A stretch of DNA of 64,000 nt from assembly GCA_022710775.1 (NCBI GenBank), contig JAKLGH010000001.1, forward strand, positions 134,522-198,521. The letters are read 5' to 3'. This document shows positions 29,073 to 38,894 of the stretch, piece after piece; positions within the stretch are counted from its first letter, which is position 1; every line of letters starts with the position of its first letter. The notes beneath the pieces were generated by a model. The model searched no databases. It was given only the letters and a program-made list of their open reading frames with translations, and was not told where the DNA came from. The DNA comes from Patescibacteria group bacterium. Lineage in GTDB: Bacteria; Patescibacteriota; Minisyncoccia; Minisyncoccales; UBA5738. The position numbers and the translations under genes are program-made.

Positions 29073-30759
29073 TTTTAGATGATGGCTTAAAAGACGAAAC
29101 TGACGATCCGGTCACAACCACATCTCCTTCATTCACGCCGCTTATAATCTCGGTATACTCGTCGTTTGAAAGGCCGGTTTCAACCGTCTGGCGCGTCGGA
29201 GTAAGAGATCCGTTTAGCATAAATTCAACGTAGTTGCCGATTCCGCTACTCGATTTGACCGCAGTATTGGGCACCATAACTACATTTTGCTTGGCTTGGA
29301 TAATGATTGCGGCCGTTACGCTCATGCCGGGTTTCACCTGCTCATTCTGCCCATCCAGGCCGATCTTAACTCCGTAAGAAACTACTCCCGCGGAAACGGT
29401 TCCCACCGTATCGATCTCAACTACCTTGCCCGTTAAGCTTAAATCTTCAATGGCATCGAACGTAAGAGTAGCCTTCTGGCCGTTCCGGACTTTCGCAATA
29501 TCAACTTCATTCAGAGCGATATTTGCCACTTGGCTGTCCGTGATAATGGAAGCAACTGCTCCGTTCAAAGACAGGGTGTCTCCGGCCGAAACGCTGACGC
29601 TGGATATTTTTCCGTCAAACGGAGCACGGATCGTGCAATTTTCCAGCTCCTTCATAGCTTCGTCAAGCGCTGTTTCTTTCTGCTCGACGACAATCCTTTG
29701 GGCCCGGATATCCAACTCGTCGGCACCAGCCATTATATCGTTTAACGCAAGGGTTTTTTCTTTGACCATGCGATCCGAACCGGATATTTCGGTTATGGCA
29801 TCGCCTATCTCATTTTTGTCGGAAAGCAACGTCGCCAGATGGCTATTGGCCTTGCTTGAATAAGAAGACAAGTTCGCGATATGCGTTTCGGAAAAACTTT
29901 GGGCCGCCATATTGTTCGCGGACATTTCGTCTTGGTAAAATTGGATCATACTGGCGATGTTTTTCGCAGCATCGGAAATCAGCTTCGTCGTATCGTAGGT
30001 TTCATTAATAAGAGACTTGATGGTATCCTTGTCGGAAAACCGGTTTGCCGTTTTATAATGAATCATGTTTTGATCGTACGCTTGCCTTGCCTTGGCGTAG
30101 GCGTTTGACGCGTTATGGTAATAAGACGGCGCCTCTTTGTAAGTTCTTACCGCGTTATAATAATATTCCAAATAATTGGCGCTGGATTGGACGACGGTCG
30201 AGTCGGAGCCTTGTATTATATTCTGCAATCCGATCATTATGTCGGGTAGATCGAGAAAAACATTGCCAACATCGTTGAATCCGTCCTCATAGGCCCGTTC
30301 CAGAGCGTCTTCCGCGTCGCCTTTCGCTTCCTTGGCGGTCGTAAGCGCGTCTTCCGCTTGCATCACGGTAAGCTCGTCGGCCGATTCAAGCATCTCCTCC
30401 AGAGAAAGCTTGGCTGTTTCAAGCGCGGTTTTAGCGTCTTTTAAAGACTGCCTGGCATCAGCATCATCGATAACAGCTATCGCGTCGCCCTTTTTTACAA
30501 TCGCCCCGGTAGCAACATTGACCGACACAACATCTCCCGCAACTTTGCTTTTAAGATCTACTTGGCTCAAAGCATTGATCTGCCCGGTGCCGGAAACCGA
30601 CTGCACAAGCGTTCCGGTTTCGGCAACGGCCGTAGCATAACTCACCGATGCAGCCTGCGGATTAAAGGCTTTATAAATATAATAAGCGCCTACAGCCAAT
30701 ATTATGAAGAAAAAAATTAATTTATTCCGGCTGAATAGCTTTTTTATCGGATTTGGCAT
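29023..30759 (-). CDS. HlyD/MacA-family periplasmic adaptor (membrane fusion protein) with long coiled coil
   Basis: N-terminal TM, extended alpha-helical hairpin region, C-terminal beta-barrel/lipoyl-like segments; gene overlaps the ABC ATPase gene. Confidence 0.75.
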   Translation of the reverse strand: MPNPIKKLFSRNKLIFFFIILAVGAYYIYKAFNPQAASVSYATAVAETGTLVQSVSGTGQINALSQVDLKSKVAGDVVSVNVATGAIVKKGDAIAVIDDADARQSLKDAKTALETAKLSLEEMLESADELTVMQAEDALTTAKEAKGDAEDALERAYEDGFNDVGNVFLDLPDIMIGLQNIIQGSDSTVVQSSANYLEYYYNAVRTYKEAPSYYHNASNAYAKARQAYDQNMIHYKTANRFSDKDTIKSLINETYDTTKLISDAAKNIASMIQFYQDEMSANNMAAQSFSETHIANLSSYSSKANSHLATLLSDKNEIGDAITEISGSDRMVKEKTLALNDIMAGADELDIRAQRIVVEQKETALDEAMKELENCTIRAPFDGKISSVSVSAGDTLSLNGAVASIITDSQVANIALNEVDIAKVRNGQKATLTFDAIEDLSLTGKVVEIDTVGTVSAGVVSYGVKIGLDGQNEQVKPGMSVTAAIIIQAKQNVVMVPNTAVKSSSGIGNYVEFMLNGSLTPTRQTVETGLSNDEYTEIISGVNEGDVVVTGSSVSSFKPSSKNDAGGFNIFGGGIRGR

Positions 30760-31096
30760 AATTTATGATTTATTGGCTTCTGCCTGTTTTTTAAAGTGAT
30801 CTCGATATTGGTAAATTATAGCTTAGAAAAAAATTTTTTTAATAAACTACCCCGAGGCAGAGCCACGAAGTATTCTTCCAGTTGAATAAGCTTTTTAAAA
30901 CAGCTTTTTGAATAAGCTTTTTGAAAAACTTCGCTATGCCGGCCAAAAAACAAAAAGGCTGTCCAGCCTGCGGCCTTCCAGCTGTTTAGCTGACAGCCGC
31001 AAGCTTTAGCCCCTAAGGCCGAACCGCTTTCCTCCTGTTTTGACCTAAGCGTTCCGGCCTCTCATCTTATTACTACAAAACCGGCCGGTAAAAATT

Positions 31097-31888
31097 TCAT
31101 CGACCGGTTTTTGGTAGCAGAGCCGGAGGCTGTCGGGACGGACCAGCCGGAAACGGTCCCATATCATCGATCCGGCGGATGCCCAGCGCTTCAACGGTAT
31201 CGCCGTGGCGGGGTCCGAAAACAACAACGACATCGTCAACGGAAAAATCGGCGCCGTAAGGCATTTTTGTCCGTTTGGCTAAAACGGTCAATAAGGTCTC
31301 TCCGGCGCGGTTGCGGATCGTAAATCCCTCCTGGGTAAATCCTAAAATTTTTCCGACATGGATATCGTTGAACCGCGGCCGGTCCAGCTCGCGGTACATG
31401 CCGGCACAGCACAAACGGCCATTATATTTTTCGTAATTGCTAAGGTTGTTATGGATCGGCGTTTTAGCTACAGCGAACCCTCCGATCAAAACAACCAAGA
31501 CAATGGCCAGGGCCGAATAAAGAAGAGGCCGGCGGTAAGCGAAGGAATAACGGCGGACCAGGATTTCCAGAACAACCAGGAAAAGAGCAGTCAGCAGAAT
31601 CAGAAGCCAAGGCAATGAAAAAAGGAACACGAACATTCCGTGAAAACCAAAAGCCGGAATAAACCAGGCTCCGTTTCTTTGAAGGGTAAAAACAATCAAA
31701 CTTGCGAAATAAAGCGCGAACAACCCAAGAACGATCGACCCGATCACGGCTAAAACCGCTCGCAGGATAAATTGCCATTTTGGCCGCATCTTGATCATAC
31801 CGCTTCGCACTGCTTGCATCACGCTTTCATTGATCGGCAGCTGGTTTTTTTGGCTATTTTGATTGTTCATAGGTTGGATCGATTTCAT
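31097..31888 (-). CDS. membrane protein, putative anti-sigma factor cotranscribed with the ECF sigma gene
   Basis: overlaps the sigma factor gene by ~35 nt; three TM helices. Confidence 0.5.
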   Translation of the reverse strand: MKSIQPMNNQNSQKNQLPINESVMQAVRSGMIKMRPKWQFILRAVLAVIGSIVLGLFALYFASLIVFTLQRNGAWFIPAFGFHGMFVFLFSLPWLLILLTALFLVVLEILVRRYSFAYRRPLLYSALAIVLVVLIGGFAVAKTPIHNNLSNYEKYNGRLCCAGMYRELDRPRFNDIHVGKILGFTQEGFTIRNRAGETLLTVLAKRTKMPYGADFSVDDVVVVFGPRHGDTVEALGIRRIDDMGPFPAGPSRQPPALLPKTGR

Positions 31889-32423
31889 TGACCTTTTTTT
31901 TAAGAATTGCTTTGCCTCGCGCCAATCTCACTCCTACCGTCGAAGGCGGAATGTGGAGAATCTCGGATATCTCCGCGTAATTCAGATTTTCAAAATAATA
32001 AAGGACGAGAGGTTCGCGATATTTTGCGCCGATCTTATCCAAACATTTTTCGAGCATGACGCGAAGGCTATTATTGATCGCCTCGCTATCGGCGGAATCC
32101 TTGGCAGCCGGATGCGGAAAAAGCAGATCAAAATCAAAGAATAAGATCTTTTCCGTCTTTTTTTTCTTGATCGCGTTGATGAATTCATTATGCGCGATCC
32201 GGTATATCCAGGAAGAGAATTTTTTTTGGGCATCAAAACTTTTTATATTAATATAAGCCTTGATGAAAACTTCTTGGACAATATCGTCGGCATCATCTTT
32301 AAAAAGAAATCTTGCGGCATAGCGTTTGAGTTTCTTTTCGTATCTTTCGATAAGGATGTCAAACGATTTTATATCTCCGTCCTGTACGCGCGCGGCAACC
32401 TCTTCATCTGTAGCTTCATCCAT
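31854..32423 (-). CDS. ECF-type sigma-70 family RNA polymerase sigma factor
   Basis: region 2 (..FIKAYINIKSFD..FSSWIYRIAHNEFIN..) and region 4 HTH (..NLNYAEISEILHIPPSTVGVRLARGK..). Confidence 0.85.
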   Translation of the reverse strand: MDEATDEEVAARVQDGDIKSFDILIERYEKKLKRYAARFLFKDDADDIVQEVFIKAYINIKSFDAQKKFSSWIYRIAHNEFINAIKKKKTEKILFFDFDLLFPHPAAKDSADSEAINNSLRVMLEKCLDKIGAKYREPLVLYYFENLNYAEISEILHIPPSTVGVRLARGKAILKKKVNEIDPTYEQSK

Positions 32424-32555
32424 AAACGTATGTGTGTTTGATCAATATTAATACAAAAATTGATGCCCTTGTATTTCAAGAATCATTAACTCCCTTTAAA
32501 CAGGCGGCTCCGGGGCCATTAATGGATTCTTGCATCATTTGTTGCCGTTGTCGAT

Positions 32556-32590
32556 AAAAAGAAAACCGCCCGAAACGAGGCGGATTTCCT
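32556..32590. terminator. terminator (ccgcc-cgaaacga-ggcgg, T-run on minus strand)
   Basis: 3' of SIMPL gene 32611..33423. Confidence 0.55.
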
Positions 32591-32610
32591 TCATTTGGCG
32601 GCTTTTCCTC

Positions 32611-33423
32611 TTAATAGATCTCGTAAGCGATGTTCACCGTCACTTGCACCTTGTTTTGTCCGGGCTCAATGGAAGGAACGGCATTTGCCGCGCCTTCCGC
32701 GCTATCCATCATTTTCGAGGCATAGGAATAATCCTGATTGGAATGATTATTTTCGCTAAATCCCGTGATCTTGACCAGGCTCACGCCCAATTCTCCGGCA
32801 AGCTGGCTGGCCTTGGCCTTGGCTTTTTCAATCGCCTTGGCCCGCGCCTCCGCAACCAGAGAATCTTCGTCTTCGATGGTAAATCTCAAGTCTCCGGATT
32901 CATTAGCGCCAGCCGCTGTCGCAGCATCGATGATAGTTCCAATTTTGGAGAGATCCCTGATCTTTACCATAAGGGTCTGGCTCGCTTCGTAGCCGCTCAA
33001 AACACGCTTTCCCCCGCGATACGATATCTCGTCTTCGTAAGCATCGATGTAGTCGTAGGTTGGAACGATATTGTAGGAAACCGTAACAACGTCTTTATCC
33101 TCAACGCCTTGCCCCTTGACCGCCCCAATAACGGAATTCATTTTGCCGGTATTGCCGGCTGTGGCTTCTTCAACGGTCTTAGCGCTGCTGATCACTGAAA
33201 AAGACATTGTAGCCAAGTCCGGTTTGGAATAAACTTCGCCGACGCCCGTAACATTAATGGTATTCCTGTTTTCTGATCCCTGGCCGATATATTTTCCGCT
33301 CTTAATGCCGTTCTGGATTTGAACCGCAAAAAAAATAATAACGATGATAAGAAAAAGTCCGAATATAACAATAGTTGAAGAAGTTAAAACTTCGTATTTT
33401 GGTTTTATTTCCATTTTATCCAT
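32611..33423 (-). CDS. SIMPL (DUF541) family periplasmic/secreted protein
   Basis: N-terminal TM; ..NTINVTGVGEVYSKPDLATMSFSV..VQVTVNIAYEI.. matches the SIMPL/26-kDa periplasmic immunogenic protein family. Confidence 0.8.
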   Translation of the reverse strand: MDKMEIKPKYEVLTSSTIVIFGLFLIIVIIFFAVQIQNGIKSGKYIGQGSENRNTINVTGVGEVYSKPDLATMSFSVISSAKTVEEATAGNTGKMNSVIGAVKGQGVEDKDVVTVSYNIVPTYDYIDAYEDEISYRGGKRVLSGYEASQTLMVKIRDLSKIGTIIDAATAAGANESGDLRFTIEDEDSLVAEARAKAIEKAKAKASQLAGELGVSLVKITGFSENNHSNQDYSYASKMMDSAEGAANAVPSIEPGQNKVQVTVNIAYEIY

Positions 33424-33647
33424 AATAATTCACTTATTATTTCGACCTTTTTAATATCCTTGAATTAACGGGAATATTACAGCCTCCGTTTCTTCCAATT
33501 TAGCAAATTCCGGCCGAATTTCACATAGAGACAGATTAGTTAAAGCTGCGGACAATAGATAAAAATGGAAAAATGGCGGTAATTGATGACATCATGTAAT
33601 TATGGTAATTTTAATGAATCGATACCGCATCCAACCCTCGACCTGGT

Positions 33648-35180
33648 ATGAAACGGAAATCACGGCCAATTCTTTTTTTAATCCTTGGCATCATCATGAT
33701 TGCGGCAGCCGCCGGTTTTTTTTATGTCACTTTTATCGGCGACGAAAATCAATTTCAACTGTATTCGGACGGCGGAATAATTCATAGGAAGAAATCGATC
33801 TCAAAATCCCCGGAAACGGAAAGCAGCTCCGGATACTCGGTTTCTCCGATGGCTTACGAATCCGGACTTGAAGGTACCCGGATAACGCTGCGATTCGACC
33901 TTGACGGGAACATACAAGACGCGCTGCCCTCCTATCGGATAGAGGAATTTCCCGACCAGGGAAAAACCATGATCATATTTGACGGTGTTAGCGCTATTGG
34001 CAAAGAATTCGATTATAAAGACGTTGTTTCTGATCCTCAAATCGATTCAATCGATTATTATATCGAAAGAAACAAATTTTTCATCAGTCTCGCTCGGAAA
34101 GGAGCCTACCTTCCCGTTGAGATAATAAAAGATGGTTCTTACGCGGTGATTTATCTTAAACCCGGGGATGAGAATTACCCAAAAATATCAAACCAGAGGC
34201 CGGCCGACAATTCGGCCGCGTTTCCGGCCGTACGAACAATCAGCTTCCAGGCGGAAACAAGCGCACCTTTGAAAAAATCCGTCATTTATTATCAAAACAA
34301 TCCCGTTGACACTGCCGCCACATCAACCGCCCCCAGCGTCTATCAATTTGAATTCAACGAAATTGTCGACATAGACAAGGAATACCGCGTCAAAGCCATC
34401 ATCACCGATGTTAGCGACCGGACCACTGTTGCGGTTTGGACGTTTAAAGGAGAAATCCCGGTTCAAGGAATTTTAGGCCGCGACCGCTTCAAATATCTCG
34501 GCTGGTGGGGAGAAATCAACACCAACGGCATAGCCGTGAGAAAAGCCCCGGATTCAGCCTCGCCCAAAACCGGAACGCTTTCCTCGATGAACCGGGTTAA
34601 AGTTCTGAAAGAAGTTTTCGGCGAAATGATCGGAGAAAACAACCTTTGGTACGAGATCGACGGAGGAAAATATCCGCATTCCTACGTTTTTTCGGAATTG
34701 GTAACTCCAATGGTCCAGCCTGAACCGCCCGCGGAATTTACCGTTCCCGAAACCGTGAAAAGCGGAGAAAAATGGATCGATGTAGACCTCGAAAAAAAAA
34801 TCCTAACGCTTTTTGATTACGACAAGCCGGTGTTTGCCACCTACATCGCCCCCGGGCGCGCCGAGAATCCCACCGAGAAAGGCACCTTTTCGGTCTGGTA
34901 CAAGCTCACTAAGGATGAAATGAACGGCGGTCCTCCTTTGCATAGCTATCGCTACGATCTGAAGGACATACCCTGGGTAATGTATTACAATTACGATTAC
35001 GCCATCCACGGAACCTACTGGCATGATAATTTCGGCACTCCGCAAAGCGCCGGCTGCACCAATATGACCCAGGGCGACGCCAAATATATCTTCGACAATA
35101 CTTTGCCGCAGATTCCCAAAGATAGGATCGGAGGATTCGCCAAAGACCTCGGCCCGGGCACGGTAATCCACAACCATTAG
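33648..35180 (+). CDS. L,D-transpeptidase (YkuD) with SH3b-like domain, membrane anchored
   Basis: catalytic ..HGTYWHDNFGTPQSAGCTNM.. (His...S-x-G-C); SH3b-like GWWGEINTNGIAVRKAPDSASPKTGTL; N-terminal TM. Confidence 0.8.
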   Translation: MKRKSRPILFLILGIIMIAAAAGFFYVTFIGDENQFQLYSDGGIIHRKKSISKSPETESSSGYSVSPMAYESGLEGTRITLRFDLDGNIQDALPSYRIEEFPDQGKTMIIFDGVSAIGKEFDYKDVVSDPQIDSIDYYIERNKFFISLARKGAYLPVEIIKDGSYAVIYLKPGDENYPKISNQRPADNSAAFPAVRTISFQAETSAPLKKSVIYYQNNPVDTAATSTAPSVYQFEFNEIVDIDKEYRVKAIITDVSDRTTVAVWTFKGEIPVQGILGRDRFKYLGWWGEINTNGIAVRKAPDSASPKTGTLSSMNRVKVLKEVFGEMIGENNLWYEIDGGKYPHSYVFSELVTPMVQPEPPAEFTVPETVKSGEKWIDVDLEKKILTLFDYDKPVFATYIAPGRAENPTEKGTFSVWYKLTKDEMNGGPPLHSYRYDLKDIPWVMYYNYDYAIHGTYWHDNFGTPQSAGCTNMTQGDAKYIFDNTLPQIPKDRIGGFAKDLGPGTVIHNH

Positions 35181-35203
35181 AATTATTTTAGCCTATTTAC
35201 GAT

Positions 35204-35232
35204 AAAAAAATCCCGGGAAATCAACCGGGATT
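35204..35232. terminator. bidirectional terminator (atcccggg-aaatcaa-cccgggat)
   Basis: between convergent 33648..35180(+) and 35221..35859(-). Confidence 0.6.
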
Positions 35233-35859
35233 CTGTTTAACAATGAATTTAATACTTTCTTCGCCGTTTTGGAAACTGAAGACGACAACGCCTTCTTTAC
35301 CTTCGGAAACAAGCTTCATTAAGGCTTGCCGGTCGCGGTAAGAGGTCATAAATACGATCTGGAAACCGCATCTTTGGCAGTTAATATGCATCTCCCGGGA
35401 GATGTCATTTAATCTGCCCGACAAACCAATGGTGGCTGTACCGCCGCCGCAGTCATCATGCCGAGCCATCAATTCTTCGATATCCCCGTCTTTATCAGCC
35501 AAGGGAAAGAATGTTCCAAGGCAATCTTTAGCGGCTCCGCCCGTCATGACAATTTCCTCGCTTTCTTCAGTTAATAGCGCGCTTAAGGCGCCAACCGCGG
35601 CGTCGCAGCCAAATCTATCGCGCAAAACTTTGGCAATGGCAAAAGATAGCTTAAAATCGGTGTCGAAAACCAGAAGAAAGGGCTTCTTTTTTCCATCCTC
35701 ACCCAAAGCATAGCGGCGGGCGGACGGCCAAAAGGTAATGTTACAACCCTTCTTGGCATTGCCAGGCAAACGATCCAAACATTTGCCGATTTCTTCGATC
35801 ATTTCTTCTTCATACTCGGTATTGGCAAAACCCCAGCCGATCGCGAAAATCTCAACCAT
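35221..35859 (-). CDS. paralog A of a tandem ~215-aa family with H-x-D-C-G-G-G and C-x-x-C putative zinc site (unknown function)
   Basis: shares with 35948..36595 and 36727..37383 an N-terminal M-x-E/N-I/V-x-x-x-G, a central ..AKVLRDRF.. block, H(D/E)(D/N)C and (I/V)(N/E)C-x-x-C. Confidence 0.6.
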   Translation of the reverse strand: MVEIFAIGWGFANTEYEEEMIEEIGKCLDRLPGNAKKGCNITFWPSARRYALGEDGKKKPFLLVFDTDFKLSFAIAKVLRDRFGCDAAVGALSALLTEESEEIVMTGGAAKDCLGTFFPLADKDGDIEELMARHDDCGGGTATIGLSGRLNDISREMHINCQRCGFQIVFMTSYRDRQALMKLVSEGKEGVVVFSFQNGEESIKFIVKQNPG

Positions 35860-35947
35860 ATTTATTGCCTCCTTTTTGTACTGGCCGAATAATAACGTTT
35901 TTAAAAATATTAGTCAAACAAATGGAGTGTAAAAAAAACGGCCTTTT

Positions 35948-36595
35948 TCAGGCCAAGTTTTTAAATATTATGCACTTTTTTGAAAAGATACCAAACCCTA
36001 AAATTGCTTCTTCTAACTTTCCTTTAACAACCAAGGCAAGCTCTTGCCTCATTTCCGGGTTTGTCAGTATGGTCTGTCGGAAACGGCAATTCCGGCATTC
36101 TATCACTAAATTTGCCATCTCTTCCGACTTGGCTTCCACCAATTCACGGTATTCTGCCGTGGCCTGCCCGCCGCCGCAGTCTTCATGGATTAAGTTTATC
36201 GGCTCCGGCCCATTGCCGTCTTTAAGAATCGATCTTGTCAGCGCCGACCCGGATTTAACAATAAACGTTCCCTTAACTTCGTATCGGCCTCTATCAATCG
36301 GACCGTCATGGCTTCCATAACAAGCTTCCATTCTTCCAACTTCGACATCCATGCGAAGCTTTTCCTGGAGCCGTTGTCCAATAAGCTTTGCTTTGGCCAC
36401 ATCGCTACCTCTGACAAGTAAAAAAGGCCCGGCGGCGGTCAAATCAGCCGCATTAACACAGAAACTGCCGGGGAATCCGCTGATCACGCTATCCGATTCG
36501 TACCCTTTTTTCATTTCGAAAATAATTCTTTGAATTTGCTTTTTCAGTTCTTCGATCTTGTCGGGTGGTCCTCCGATGATCATTACGTTTATCAC
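35948..36595 (-). CDS. paralog B of the tandem ~215-aa HxxC...CxxC family
   Basis: HEDCGGGQATAEY ... IECRNCRF; own terminator downstream (35900-35935). Confidence 0.6.
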   Translation of the reverse strand: MINVMIIGGPPDKIEELKKQIQRIIFEMKKGYESDSVISGFPGSFCVNAADLTAAGPFLLVRGSDVAKAKLIGQRLQEKLRMDVEVGRMEACYGSHDGPIDRGRYEVKGTFIVKSGSALTRSILKDGNGPEPINLIHEDCGGGQATAEYRELVEAKSEEMANLVIECRNCRFRQTILTNPEMRQELALVVKGKLEEAILGFGIFSKKCIIFKNLA

Positions 36596-36703
36596 GCTCT
36601 TTGCCTCCGTTTTTCATTGTTTTGTGCTGTCCGTAATTTACGCTAAAATACGTTACCTGTCAAACAAAAATCCCCGGTTTTCCAAGGAATAGCGCTTCCA
36701 AAA

Positions 36704-36727
36704 AGAAAATCCCGGTTATCCGGGATT
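36704..36727. terminator. terminator (atcccgg-ttat-ccgggat)
   Basis: 3' of paralog C. Confidence 0.5.
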
Positions 36728-37383
36728 CAGTAAAATTGTATTAATTTAATATACCTTGGCAATACGTTTTTGTTAACGTAAAGCAATAAGCTATTTGGCT
36801 TGGCATTGACAACGAATTTAGCGATTGCGTTGCGCGAATTGGGACCCATAACTAACACTTCCCGGAAACCGCACGCGCATTCGATTACCGCGTTGATATC
36901 GTCCAACAAAACCATTGCGGTTTCCTTTTGGGGACAGTTTTCATGAAGCAGATCAAGTCCGTCAATTTCTCTTTGTCCCGGCTTAACCTTAAAAGTTCCC
37001 TCCGGCTTATTCGCATGAACAATTTTATTGTCCAATTCCGGCCAGACACACTCGCGATTTGGATCCGGGGCGCTTAACGCCGGCCAATTTTCATTCGCGC
37101 ACAAGACCTGGCACGAATCTTTGGGCAAAAAAGCGTCGAGCCTTCCCAGCATTACATCGACGGATAAAGACTCGCGCAACACTTTAGCAACCTTAAACCC
37201 TCGCTTCGTATCGGAATCGGCTACTAAGCAAAAGCGAAATTGGTTTTGCAAGCCTGTCGCGAGACTCAAAAATGAAATCTTCAAGCCATCAGTTAACACG
37301 GTCTCATCCAGCAATTTTTTAATTTGCCGCGCCATTTCCGCCTGCTCGTTAGCCAGGCAACCCATTACATATATTTCGAACAT
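36727..37383 (-). CDS. paralog C of the tandem ~215-aa HxxC...CxC family
   Basis: HENCPQKETAMV ... IECACGF; ..KVAKVLRESL.. Confidence 0.6.
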   Translation of the reverse strand: MFEIYVMGCLANEQAEMARQIKKLLDETVLTDGLKISFLSLATGLQNQFRFCLVADSDTKRGFKVAKVLRESLSVDVMLGRLDAFLPKDSCQVLCANENWPALSAPDPNRECVWPELDNKIVHANKPEGTFKVKPGQREIDGLDLLHENCPQKETAMVLLDDINAVIECACGFREVLVMGPNSRNAIAKFVVNAKPNSLLLYVNKNVLPRYIKLIQFY

Positions 37384-37430
37384 CTACGGTCTCTCCTGAA
37401 AACTGGCTGGATAATAATATATAAACGTTA

Positions 37431-38894
37431 TTATGTCAAACAAAAATCCCCGGTTTTCTCCAAGGGATTATGCAAAAACTTTTGGCCGCTTCGTTCTCCG
37501 ACCGAGACGACCGAAACCGGAACATCCAAGCCTTCTGTTGATTCAAGGAAGGAAACGTAATTTCTGGCCTCCATCGGCAGATCTTTGAACTCTTTTGCCG
37601 CTCCGATCGGTTTTTTCCAGCCCGGAAATAGGCGGTACTCCAGGGGCCGGCACCCAAACAAAACTTCGGCTAAACCAGCGCGATCTTCCCCTTTTTTGCA
37701 AGGCTTAAACGCTTCCAAGCGCGCGCCGCCGGAACATGGCTGCCATTCAAAGAACCGGTCGACCAGATCCATCCGCTCTCCTTGGTAACAATACGCCACG
37801 CATATTTTTACCCTATTCAGTTCTGACAAGCGGTCCAGATTGGTAAGAGCCAAAGAATCGATTCCGCGGTTCGCGGCTATGCCATAGCGCGCAGCCACCA
37901 AATCTAGCCAGCCGGCTCTGAATTTTCCCTGCCAGGGCCTTGATGAGCCATGAGCGTCAAGCAAGTTTTGCGGCAAGCCGGATTCCTCGGTGACGAACGG
38001 CCCAAACCCGTGCCGCGTGGCATATGCCCGCAATATCCCGATTGTAATCATCTTTCTGCTTGGCATGTGCTCCAAAACCATTTTACGGGCGGTTTTGGCG
38101 GTCGTGCATGTCTTGGTGACATGGGGCAAAAAACCCCAGACCGGATCAAGCAACGCCCCCTGGGTTCCCTCAAAAAGCACGTATTCTGCCTGCTTTATGC
38201 TCAGAAAATAATCCCTGGCTGGTTCTAGCAGATGGCCATATTCCACCCGGAATCGCTGGCACTGTTCCAATATCCGTTTTTTGGGCATCCAGCGCCGGTA
38301 TTCGGCCAGGATGGCGGCAATTCTCCGGTCCTGTTTATTGGCATCGGCAATTGCCTGGGCCGCGGCTAATTTCTGTTCGTAGTGCCAATCCAGCTTCTGG
38401 CGCAATACTTCTTCGTTCAAGCAATCAATAGCGCGTAAAGCTTGGTCGGCAAAATTTTCCCGGTCGATAACCGCTTCGCCAACTCCCATTCCCACGGATC
38501 CGGGCCGGCTGGCTTTATTGATGGCCAGCGCTTTGACCCGGTTTAGCAGCGTATGCATCGGGGTAACCAGATAGCAGGCGGGATCAATTTTTACGCGCTC
38601 GGCAGCACCAATGACGCCCTTATGTTCGAGTTTTCGCGCCTCGATCACAAAATTCGGGATCTTAAACATCATGCCGCCCGACAAATAGCTATTAACGCCG
38701 GCCTGAAAAGTTGCCGACGAAAACTGGCTGAACGTATGTTCCCGCCCCGATCCATCGATAACCCGATGGCCGCCTTGCGGACCGCCGCTGTCCCTGATTA
38801 CGGTTTTTGCGCCCAATTCGTGGGCCAAATACGCCGTTATCGTACCTTTGCCCTCATCACCGAAACCCAAACCTCTTAATATGATCGCGTACAT
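37431..38894 (-). CDS. adenylosuccinate synthetase (PurA) family protein, divergent
   Basis: P-loop GDEGKGT (PurA QWGDEGKGK); ..GGHRVIDGSG.. (GGHNAGH); ..FEGTQGALLD.. (FEGAQGTLLD); ..ILRAYATRHGFGPFVTEE.. (ILKAYSTRVGAGPFPTEL); ~490 aa. Confidence 0.75.
   Translation of the reverse strand: MYAIILRGLGFGDEGKGTITAYLAHELGAKTVIRDSGGPQGGHRVIDGSGREHTFSQFSSATFQAGVNSYLSGGMMFKIPNFVIEARKLEHKGVIGAAERVKIDPACYLVTPMHTLLNRVKALAINKASRPGSVGMGVGEAVIDRENFADQALRAIDCLNEEVLRQKLDWHYEQKLAAAQAIADANKQDRRIAAILAEYRRWMPKKRILEQCQRFRVEYGHLLEPARDYFLSIKQAEYVLFEGTQGALLDPVWGFLPHVTKTCTTAKTARKMVLEHMPSRKMITIGILRAYATRHGFGPFVTEESGLPQNLLDAHGSSRPWQGKFRAGWLDLVAARYGIAANRGIDSLALTNLDRLSELNRVKICVAYCYQGERMDLVDRFFEWQPCSGGARLEAFKPCKKGEDRAGLAEVLFGCRPLEYRLFPGWKKPIGAAKEFKDLPMEARNYVSFLESTEGLDVPVSVVSVGERSGQKFLHNPLEKTGDFCLT

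Noticed and set aside
37431-38894. Calling the AdSS-like gene simply purA (housekeeping)
   Set aside because: The P-loop and GGH motifs deviate (GDEGKGT, GGHRVIDGSG), and it is translationally coupled to a truncated PK-like gene among vWA/kinase-like genes. Kept as PurA-family with function unassigned.
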